64,000 nucleotides of DNA, taken from the NCBI RefSeq assembly GCF_011386835.1, contig NC_088796.1:101804001-101868000 (forward strand), in the 5' to 3' direction. The stretch's first letter is position 1; each line of letters starts with the position of its first letter. The translations under genes were made by a program, and so were the position numbers. The DNA comes from Chrysemys picta bellii (taxonomy: Eukaryota). Below, one piece after another: positions 1 through 9,714 of the stretch. The notes under the pieces were generated by a model. It worked only from the letters and a program-made list of their open reading frames with translations, did no database searches and was not told the DNA's origin.

Positions 1-710
1 CGCTCTGGCACTCTGGCTGGGGCATTGGCCCAAGGTCGGACCACATGGCTCAGCCCCACTCTGGCACTCCAGCAGGGACACTGGGTCGGGCCCGCACCTC
101 ACGGCTCGGCCCCACTCTGGCCGGAGCACTGGGTCAGTTGATGCACCACATGGCTCCCAGAAGTTGGTATGGCCCCACTCCGGCTCCGATGTGTTCCAAT
201 GGGAGTACAGTGGCAGTGCCTGTGGACGGGGCAGCATGCAGAGCCACCTGGCCGCGCCTCTGCATAGGAGCCAGAGAAGGGACATGCCACTGCTTTCGGG
301 AGCTGCATGAGGTCAGCGCTGCTTGGAGCCTGCACCCCCTGAGCCTCTCCCCATGCCCCAACCCCGTGCCCCAACCCCGTGCCCCAACCCTGATCCCCCT
401 CTTGCTCTCCAAACCCCTCAATCACAGCCCAGAGCACCCTCCTGCACCCCAAACCTCTCATCCCCACCCCACCCCAGAGCCCGCACTCACAGCCAGAACC
501 TGCATACTTTTCCGCACTCCTGCCCCAGCCCTGATCACCCACCCGATCTCCGAACGCCTTGGTCCCACCCCAGAGCACCCTCCTACACCACAAACTCCTC
601 ATCCCCAGCCCCACCTCAGTGTCTACACCTCCTCCTGCACCCCAACCACAATTTTGGGAGCATTCATGACCAGCCATACAATTTCTATTCCCTGATGTGG
701 CCCTCCCTGG
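1..710. mobile_element. GC-rich non-autonomous DNA-transposon-like repeat (probably hAT), left end outside the window
   Basis: C-rich low-complexity body (CCCCAGAGC/CCCCAACC units) ending in GATGTGGCCCTC, a sub-terminal motif I associate with reptile hAT-type elements. The overlapping Pro-rich ORFs are compositional. Confidence 0.5.
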
Positions 711-988
711 TCTAGGTATACTTCGTCCTGTCAATGCAGGAAGCTGAACTCTATGACCTCTTGAGGTCCCTTCTAGCCCTATATTTCTATGTTTCTTTAA
801 AGAGTCCCTGTCAAATAGTTGTAAGAAATTCAACATTTTTGCTTCAAGAAAGTGCATTAGGATCCTGGGGCTCTTCCCAAATTAATATGAACAGAAACAT
901 TTTCATATTTTCTATAAGGGAATCTTCTTTTCCAATTTCAGTGAAAATAGTTTTCTTTTTGAATTAAAACACACTTCCCTGCCATGAT

Positions 989-1035
989 GGAAACTCCAGC
1001 ACAACAGTCTGTGCTAGGGCATGTGAAAAGTGAAA
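989..1035 (+). promoter_or_regulatory. Distal kB-like + IRF module of the first B-type pseudogene
   Basis: GGAAACTCC at 989-997 and GAAAAGTGAAA at 1025-1035; the same module lies upstream of every IFN gene here. Confidence 0.5.
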
Positions 1036-1866
1036 TGTGACCACAGGAAGGTAAGGGGATTAAACAAACCAGAAGAATTTTTCTGTTCAAGCCGAGAGAA
1101 ACGCAAACATTAAAAGACAAGGGACCAGCAATAATACTAAACACTGAATTTGATTTAAAAAAAACAACAACCCATCCTAGTGACACACATGTTAAGAACA
1201 CATGGTAAGACTTCTATTCATAAGCACTTTTTAACCACACTGTAAACCACATCCATCTGTGTGGGTACCTCTGTCGAACATGGATTACCAACTGCATTGT
1301 ATTTTCAGATTTGACAGTAAGCAAAAGTTTCTTGTTTCCAGTGTCCAAGACACCAGTTTCCCTGGCATCAACATTTTAAGTGTTCTTTTTAAACTACATG
1401 ACATCTGAAAAGTGCAGATAACCAATATTTTCTGAGGGCCATAGTTACTCCTGCATTAAGCAACTTTAAATATACCTACACTATTTTCCTCTCTCAAATG
1501 AAGCAGGGTCTGAAGAAGAATTATAGTTTACAGGAGGCTATTATGTTTTGCAGTGACCATCCAGAAAATGAACAGTTTCCTCCTGCTGGTTAAGAGGATG
1601 AAATGTAGATTTACAAGTAAAAGTAGAGTCCGGACACTGTGGAGCCCTCTTAGGTGTGGGGTCTAATTCACGGGAATCAGGGGAATTGGCCTAAAGCCAG
1701 CCTGTCAGTTACCCCCAGGGATAACATGCACTACAGTGACAGTTGCAGGTAGAAGAGCTAACACAAGCTGATTACTACTTATTATTGGTATTACAGTTCC
1801 CTGGGGCCCTATCAGTGCCCAGGCACATGATTATGGGTGTTATACAAGCATTCAGTAAAAGAATAC

Positions 1867-2170
1867 CCAAGAGGGCTTCACCATCTTTAGCAAAATCCTC
1901 ATGCAAACTGCCTGGGATGGGAGTTCCCTTGTCAGGTGACAGTATGGACTTTATCTGCAAATTCAGTGGCTGGAGGCATGTTTGAGAGCACAGATGGAAA
2001 AGGAATTTACCACCCAGAAAATGAGGAGCACCAGTTCACCAGAGTGAAAAAGTACTTCCAGGGGATAGATGCATTCCTGAGGGGGAAAAAGCAATACAGC
2101 CTGTGAGTGTGAGTGTGTGATCATTCACATGGAAATACCCAGATGTTTTCTACTTATTGACAGACTCCGT
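1867..2170 (+). pseudogene. 5'-truncated B-type type I IFN pseudogene
   Basis: Translates in pieces as FTIFSKILMQTAWDGSSLVR / GLYLQIQWLEACLRAQMEK / RVKKYFQGIDAFL / QYSL / IHMEIPRCFLLID, colinear with the 38634 gene. It has frameshifts and no signal peptide or promoter. Confidence 0.9.
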
Positions 2171-2221
2171 CTTGTCCAGTACAAAACTTTTCCCCAGAGT
2201 AATTGAATTAGCATTACTGAA

Positions 2222-2612
2222 GAGAGATTTCAGGTGGCCCCAACAGGTTCTCAAGCCCACAGAATCCCTGAAGGAGAACACCCAGGTGGCAATCCAGGAA
2301 ATCTTCCAACATGTTTCCTGCTGATTTTGCAAACCTCTCCCAAGCTACCTAAGGCAGGAGTTCCATTCAGATACTCCCAAAATAATCATCATCAGCAAGT
2401 TGGGTATCTGGATACATGTTTGATTGCAGTGATGGAAAGTGGGACTCTTACTAGGAAGAATGGATCTACAGCTCACCGGGATGGAAGTGAAGAGATAACT
2501 GCATATCTATTATGAAATAATTGGTAACTTCAGCCTCAGTGCTGGCAAGAAAATCCAAGAAGAATTAAGAAGCTTTCAAATATGTGACGAGCTCATTAGG
2601 AAATTTATATAC
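2222..2612 (+). pseudogene. Ghost IFN relic G1 (5' part deleted)
   Basis: GGTGGCAATCCAGGAAATCTTCCAAC (VAIQEIFQ) and GGGTATCTGGATACATGTTTG (GYLDTCL); homologous to 13400-13790; followed by an AU-rich 3' region with AATAAA near 2840. Confidence 0.75.
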
Positions 2613-5600
2613 AAGAATACCAACTTTTTGGAAGTACTAACTGAAATGAATGAATCTTTTATATGGCATACAAAATGAGATGAAGTGGAATTTTAACAGC
2701 TGTGCTACTATTTATTCTCTTTGTGTGCTGTGACAATATTTTCAGATCATTTTACTGGCTTTGTACAGTATATTTATGTCAGTCTACCACTTATTTATTC
2801 TTCTTATTTATGTCATCATCCTAGGTATTTATTACTTATAAATAAAATATTTCATACAAATGGCAACCTCCAACTGTAGTGATTTGCATTAAATACCTAT
2901 ATAAGCAAAACAAAAAACAAAAAACCTCCAATTCCAGAAAGTGCTTAAGACCCATCCCACTGAAGTTCGTGCTTCAAGCTGGGAACACACTTAAATACAC
3001 TGATGAATCTCAAGTTCACAGGGCTTCCATATGAAAAAAATACTAACTGTGTAATTATTAGTCTTTCCACTGTAAGAAACCACATTCCACATGGATCTCT
3101 ACCCCTTTTTCCTCTTCTACCCTTTACTAGATTATTCTCCCCCACCCCCACCGGTAGTTGTGGATGTTTGGTGTAGAAGATGGTTATGTTAGAAGAGGCT
3201 AGTTTGGTGTTCTCCCCCCCCCCAATCAATCAAGTTTGCATGCCCCGCCAAAAACACACCAATTAAACTCATTTATAACCAGCCTATCTATGCCCCCCCC
3301 CCCCAAAATCAGGTTAGCCTGCATTCACACACCCCAACCAAAAATAAATTACGATTCCATGTATCCAGCACTTCTCCACAAGCAATCGTCCCCCCTTTAA
3401 GTGTGTGTGAAAACACATTCCCAGCAGATTTGCATGTCCTCTCCTTCCCCACAGCTGACTCCTTTGTATGTGTCCAGCCTAGACTAAATTCATTCTTGCA
3501 GGGTAAAATGTGCCAGATAGCATAGCTCCCGATAGATGGTTCAAGTGCACCCTACCCCACTTCCCTCGATCAGACTTGTATGTGCCTGGCTACTCCTATT
3601 TCGCCCCAACTGAGATCCATGCAGTAATCAGGCTCGTGTTTCCTCCCCAAACACCACCACTCACATTTTCATACACTCCCCACACTTCCCCCAGATTAGA
3701 TTTGCATACGCTCCCCTGAAGCAACCTGGCTTGCTTGCCCCTCCCCCTCTCAAACCAATGAGATTGGCATAAGCACAGCCATCTCCCCTCACCATCAATC
3801 AGTTTGGCATGCAACCGTTTCATATACTGCATACTGGGTATTAACATGTGGGGACTCCCTGATGGCTGTAATTGCAGATAGCATTCCAGCCATGTGCACA
3901 CAGACTGGCTTCTCAGTGCCACCTCTAAACATCCCTCCTGCAACCTGTGCTCCTCCCTCCCAGTTCCATACAGGTTGCTGCAGCCATCAGCCCTTCAAAT
4001 CCCCACCATCAAGCAGGTTTCAGTGTGCCCAGTCTCACTCTCTCCACTAATCCTCCATCAATCAGGCTTGCATGCACCTATCCCTTTATCCCTGTCAATC
4101 AAGCTTGTGTACACTCAGCTCACAAATTTCATCTCTCAGGCTTGTAGGCACGAGCCCATTTATCTCCATGTCACAAATCTCTCTGGGCTACCTCCTCTTA
4201 GCAGCTCACCAGACACTGAATCCCCCTTGGACTTTCAGATTCCCTGGGTCTCAGTAGGTGGCAGCCCTGTTTCTTCCCTTGGCCTCTCTGGCACATTTCC
4301 TGGGCTCTCACTCTATTACCTCTTCATGGAACTAGAGTCCTGCAGCCGATCAACCTTAGGCCCTCAAGACCAAAATATTTTCATAGCTTAACATGTCTTC
4401 TACCAGACGTACACCTAGACGTGTGAGCCTTCTTGTTTACCTCGTCAAAGGACCATATGTAGGTGTAGCCTATAACACGCAGACACTTTGCACAGGATTC
4501 TAACACTCTATTGCTCTTTTCTTAATGACACAAGAAATGCACAGATTTATACAAAAATAGTAAACCCGACATGAAACTCCCTGCCTCAGTTTCCTCCACA
4601 CTTCAGGCCATTTTATGGGCCTGGATCACAGTCACTTGGGATCATCCTGCATCCTTCTGTTGCAGTGCATCACTTATATTGACTAAACACAAGTATTGAC
4701 TTAACAGTTACCTGAACTCCAACATTTAAAAGTATGGTAATAAAACTGCCTGTTGGATCAGATCTAGTAAGGATCCACCTCTCTACCACATTTTGGGTAG
4801 GTAGATAGCTCTCCAGAAACACTATCAGTCAACAATTAGCACTGCAAATTTCAGCCATAGCCTAAACATTTGAGACTTATTAAAATGTATAAAAATGTCT
4901 GGCCCTTTGTAAACGTTTTCAGAAATATCTGTATGTGAGAGTTTGTTAGAAAAGAACATTTGGGTAAAGACAAAGTTTAACAATTACTTCTGTAAATACA
5001 CATTTTAAAGAGGATTCTTTCCAGAAAAGTTCATGTAGCCACCTTGAAAGCAGTTTTGAATTCCAAGGCAAACAATCAGGGAAGAGACACAATTGCACCA
5101 AATCAGGTGAACCATCATACAGAACAAGTAATAAATTATGAATAGGGAATAGTCAAAGCAAAAATTGTGGTGTGAAGGTCCTGAGCAATCAGAGATTAGA
5201 ATGTAAATAATTTGTCAAATCATATTATATAAACACATTAACAAAATCTGAATTTATTTGCAGATTTCCAAATAGGAAAAGGCGTCAAATTAATCTCTAA
5301 TTACACATTCAAATAAAGATGGCTGACATATAGAGGAGAAAAAAAATCCCCCCCAAAATTTTTGCTTTTGAATTGAAATTTAAATCTACAGTATTTCATC
5401 AAATGCTAGCAAATATTTCATCCAGCTGAGTCTGCATCTAACCTTTCCCAGAAAACAGGCTAATTGCTGATGAAAATATGCTGAAAGACTATGTGTCTTT
5501 ACTTCCATTGCTTTATTACTTTAACTTTTCTTGTTAAGATTCAGATTTTTAAATTTCTCTCTCTCTCATAAATATTCATAAGCTTCAACTTGCCAGGGAA

Positions 5601-5902
5601 TGTACACAAAATTCCCACTGGAGTAAATTGGAGATGGGGTGCAGAGCCTATATTAATATTGGGTGCCGTATACAGTATATTTATGTACAATAAACTACAT
5701 TCTTTAAAATGACACTTCCAAATAGTTTAGGGCCAAACTCCAGATTACGATTAAAGAATGTGCTTGAGGTGATAGGTCAGAGTGATGTAAAAGAAATAAC
5801 TTAAAGAGAAATATTTATAGATTTTCTTCCTTTCCTTTTTTAAAATTAATATGAAAAGCTCCATTTAAATTTTTGGGTTGAAAACCATTCCCCTTCACTG
5901 AT

Positions 5903-5955
5903 GGAAACTCCAGCATGACAGCCTAGTGCTATGGTATGAAAAACAGAAAGTGAAA
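5903..5955 (+). promoter_or_regulatory. Distal kB-like + IRF module of gene A1
   Basis: TGGAAACTCC (9/10 to GGGRNWYYCC) and GAAAGTGAAA at 5946-5955. Confidence 0.55.
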
Positions 5956-6913
5956 CTTGCTACAGGCTGCAAACTTCATTCATCAGACCACTTGAACTGC
6001 AATGTCCAAGATTGAATGGTGAAAAGTTAATCACGTCTGAAAGTGACATTCATTTATGTCAGTCTCTCTAGCATATTTATTACCAAACACACAATCTTTT
6101 TGGACAACTCCGTTCCATGTCACTACACTAAATCACTGGGAACTACTCAGAAGTGGCCGAGAAGATAACATGTTCACACTCTTCAACTGTGCCTGTTCCT
6201 CGGGCTTTTCACAGCTGGTATCAGGTTCTTAAGTAAACCTCCCAGTTTCTCAGTGCCCTCTGTCCATCCTCTGGTATTCCCTACACACATGGGTTTTCCT
6301 CTCTCAGATTTCAAATGGCCAGGAAATTGTGTGAGATTAATAGAGAATTGTCTGGGCCTCAATCTCCCGCAGGAATTATTTCCAAGCTTATCACATTTTA
6401 AGAGGTCCCTATAGTATTACTCCCTCTCAAAGGCTGCAAGGAAGGAAGGAGACAGTTAGAGTATAGCAGGGTTTTCTGATTTTGAGTGGGACACCAGAGA
6501 GGGAAAGTTTTCCATCTGCTGGCAAAGTGAAGGAACAGCAGCTTTATACATCACTTCACTGCTGTTATCTGCAGAGTCTAGGAAAAAGAAGTTCTCCATT
6601 AGTTCCCCCCATCTGCCAAAATTCATTTGTATCAGTTAAAAGCTTGGATAGTCTCGCTGATGTAACAGATATTCAGACCTGTCTAGCAGTGCTAACTACA
6701 GGAACTTGGGAGTAGACAGACAGGTCCCTACTCTAACCTGTAACTGGATCATACTGTTAATCATCTAACTCTTCTTACCCTTCAAATATTCTTTATCTAA
6801 GAGGGCAGGGGGGGCCGTAAGGAAAGAAATGTAGGGATTCTTTAATATTAAAAAAGTAATGACTGTGGTTTGGTTCTTCTAATGACTTGTTCGCTTCCAC
6901 TAAATAAAAAGAA

Positions 6914-7003
6914 GGAAACCGAAAGTAAAAACCTCAAGCAGAAAAAACCTTGAAAAGTAGAAAGTGATGAAAGCAAAATCTTTTCCTACAGAATACTTAA
7001 ATT
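6914..7003 (+). promoter_or_regulatory. Proximal IFN promoter of A1 (IRF elements + TATA-like box)
   Basis: GGAAACCGAAAGT (GAAANNGAAA) at 6914, GAAAAGTAGAAAGTGATGAAAG at 6952, and TACTTAAAT at 6994, which is conserved in all intact genes. Confidence 0.75.
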
Positions 7004-7101
7004 CAGAGACATGGGTCGAAAACACAAAAGTCTACGAAAGACCTTGAACAGGCACCAGTTGTTCAAGTTCTACACAAACACAGGGAATCTAAGACATCAT
7101 C

Positions 7102-7675
7102 ATGATCAGCAGGAGTTTGCTGCAATTTTGCCTCATGCTGCTCTTTTCCAGTGAAATCTCATGTCTGGACTGTAACAGGATTTATGTTCTACAAACCAGA
7201 ATGAACAGCGAGAGTTTAGAGCATCTGGAGAAAATGGGTGGAAACTTTCCCTTCCAATGTCTAAATGAAAGGACAGCTTTCAAGCCCAGAGATATCCTCA
7301 AGATCCGACTGTCCCAGCAAGAGAATGCCAAGGTAGCCATCCAACAGATCCTCCAAGAGCTCTTCCATATCTTTACCAACAATCTCACCCAAGCTGCCTG
7401 GAATGGGACTTCCATAAAGGAATTCCAAAATGGTCTTCACCAGCAGATTGAGAAGCTGGAGACGTGTTTGAGTGCTGAGAAGGGAAAGGAGATAACCTAC
7501 CCAGGAAATGAGAACCTCCTGCTCACCAGCCTCAAACTGAAGACATATTTCCAGACAATCGACGATTTCCTGAAAGAAAAGCAATACAGCCAGTGTGCCT
7601 GGGAGATCATCCGTGTAGAAATATCCAGATGTTTTCCAATTCTCAACATACTCACAAAAAGACTTCAAGATGAAG
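7102..7675 (+). CDS. Type I interferon A1 (IFN-kappa/beta-like), exon 1; 205 aa if spliced to exon 2
   Basis: Signal peptide then SC|LDCN, FPFQCLNE and FLKEKQYSQCAWEIIRVEISRCF type I IFN motifs; NLT and NGT sequons; donor GAAG|GTAC at 7675/7676. Confidence 0.95.
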
Positions 7676-8334
7676 GTACTATATATTGGTTTTTCCTAGA
7701 AAAACTCAAATATTATATGAATAAAACAGCTGAAGAGAGATAGGTCATAATTTTATAATTCTTATTATGTAGGGCCCAATCTTTCTACCATAGTAATTTT
7801 ACCCATACACCTATTTCAAACTCATGTTAATAAAACTGTTTTAGAGTAGCATATATAGTTTAGTGCTTCCTTACCACACACATATTCTGTATGGAAAATA
7901 TACAAATATATCGTAACTGATTACAAATGAAAAAATATCATCCGTTGATAATTAACCATACCAAATATAACTTTGCCCAGTAAGCATCTTAGTAGGGGAA
8001 AAGTTGGCTTGTTGCTGTTTTTAACAACTGCCTAGTAAGAGAAAATTCCAGTCAGGACACCAGAAAATTGATGGTCTGTGCTCACACACTTCTATCCCAC
8101 CATCTAATTCTGCCGGTTACTTCTGCACACAGGGATGGCCAAGACTACTTATTCTGCTTTCCTTCATTCTGTTTATCTCTACATTTCAACAATTTTGGTT
8201 AAAAAAAAATTGTCACAAGATTATAAGTGCAATAAGGCTCAGGATTTATGATTTGACATCTGGTTAGAAAAAGATGGCCTATATTTGGCATTTGAAACTC
8301 TCCATGTTTAAACCATTCCCCTTTTTCATTTCAG
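7676..8334 (+). other. Intron of A1 (659 bp)
   Basis: GT donor and polypyrimidine acceptor TTCCCCTTTTTCATTTCAG, both conserved in paralogs. Confidence 0.8.
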
Positions 8335-8378
8335 CACGTGATGCTTCATGTAATGATGTTATGAAAACAGCTGAATGA
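8335..8378 (+). CDS. A1 exon 2 coding part (tail ARDASCNDVMKTAE*)
   Basis: In frame with the phase-1 donor; TGA at 8376-8378; same-length frame in all four A copies. Confidence 0.7.
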
Positions 8379-8629
8379 AACTACACCTCCACTGGAGTGG
8401 TTCGTCTCTAAGTTGATTCTACAAGCAGTTCCTTTCCAGATTCTTATCAGCCTGTCTTGCATTAAACAAGGGACCAACTCCTACAGAACTCCAATTGCTC
8501 AATTTATATACTACTTGCCATTACCAGATTGATTTACTCACATGAGAAAATGTAAAACAAAAGATATTGCTGAAAATATGCCAGAAGACAATGTAGTATT
8601 TGAACCGAAGAAGAAAAACCTTATGATTT

Positions 8630-9030
8630 CCAAATCATTGATGTTACCCATTTGCTCAGAATTTGCTTTTGGCTGCTCTTAAAAATGAAATCTCACCTCT
8701 GAACTGTAACTGTTATGCTCATTTCAGCATAACAGATGTGAACCAGGTCAACTTCCAAACAAAATAGAAGGATAATTTTCCTCTAAAGTCAGAAAGAAGA
8801 GAGACTTTGTGGCCCCAAAAGGTTCTCAAGTCTTGGCAGAAAGTGACTGCCAAGTGGCCATCCAGGAAATCCTCGAACAGATTTGGTACATCAAGTGTCA
8901 AATTCCTTCTTAATCTCCTTGGAATGATAGCCCCATTAAAGATCCAAACATGGACTCATAAGCAAGTGGAGCTTCTGGAGCCCTGTTTTGCTTCAAGCAT
9001 AAAAAGCAAACAAGAGCATCCCAAATTCTA
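8630..9030 (+). pseudogene. Ghost IFN relic G2
   Basis: Nucleotide homology to exon 1 from the signal peptide (GCTGCTCTT...GAAATCTCA...CTGAACTGTAAC) through VAIQEILEQ and ELLEPCF; multiple stops and indels. Confidence 0.8.
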
Positions 9031-9059
9031 GATCATGTATAATTAAGTGCACTGGAATT

Positions 9060-9260
9060 ATAAACTATTGCTACTATATATTCTCCTCCTGCACTGTGAA
9101 AATATTTCAGATAATTTTACTGGATTTGTAACAGTATTGTGGTGTTGATCTACTTTTATTTATTGATAATATTTATGTATTGCTCTTATTTATCATTTTC
9201 AGATGTGTTTATAATATTTATAAATAAATATTTATTTATACAAAATAGCAGCCTACTGCA
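9060..9260 (+). promoter_or_regulatory. AU-rich element cluster and poly(A) signal
   Basis: Multiple ATTTA/TATTTAT motifs; AATAAA at 9223-9228. Equivalent blocks follow every ghost. Confidence 0.65.
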
Positions 9261-9683
9261 GTAGTGATTTGTATTAATTATATATTTAAAAAAAGCAAAG
9301 ACCCAATAACAATCTTATCTTGTTCTGCCTTAAGACTCCAGTTCAGCAAAGGACTTGTCAACATTTGGCTAAGGTTAAGTGCACGAGTCTTATGTTCATG
9401 TGTGGAAGTACCTTGTAAACATAAACCCTGATAATTAATTTTACCAGTCCAACAGACCACAAACCACAACCTCAGTTCTGAAGCTTTTGCATTTCTGCCC
9501 ATTACTAGATTACTTTTTCCCCCAGCATTTGTAGTTGTGGGTATATGGTGCAGTAGCTCATTGTGATAAAATAGGCTGGATTGGTAAGGGCTAATTAAAG
9601 GGGTGATAGATAGATGGGCATTCCGAGGGGAAGACTTTAGGCTGTCACAATACAAAATTGCTTGCCCCTCCTTCCCACTAATG

Positions 9684-9712
<29 letters not shown>
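9684..9712. repeat. (TG)n microsatellite
   Basis: Perfect TG run; longer in the duplicate at ~21955-21992. Confidence 0.9.

Positions 9713-9714
<2 letters not shown>

Noticed and set aside
45-857. Long Pro/Gly-rich ORFs on both strands (also 41803-42440, 51078-51575, 56654-57164)
   Set aside because: They lie in GC-rich transposon bodies bounded by TIRs/TSDs; few stops are expected from composition, and no domain is recognisable.
6482-6715. 77-aa ORF repeated upstream of A1-A3
   Set aside because: It starts at TTG, is conserved only through recent duplication, and is frameshifted in the A4 copy.
7182-7668. Minus-strand ORFs over IFN exons (also 19453, 31887, 38714, 47138, 63042)
   Set aside because: Antisense shadows of the coding frame; they recur only because the genes do.
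7102-7675. Assigning the symbol IFNK or IFNB1
   Set aside because: Motifs and intron position are kappa-like, but orthology needs synteny (IFNK lies within MOB3B) and a tree, neither available from this window.
7676-7743. C-terminal extensions GTIYWFF... of ORFs 7102..7743, 19373..20014 and 46979..47575
   Set aside because: They begin exactly at the conserved donor. The extension is 22 aa in A1/A2 but 7 aa in A4, so it is intron read-through, while the spliced tail is length-conserved.
8335-9030. Tandem two-domain IFN (live gene fused in frame to its ghost)
   Set aside because: Exon 2 stops at 8378, and all ghosts carry several stops and frameshifts.
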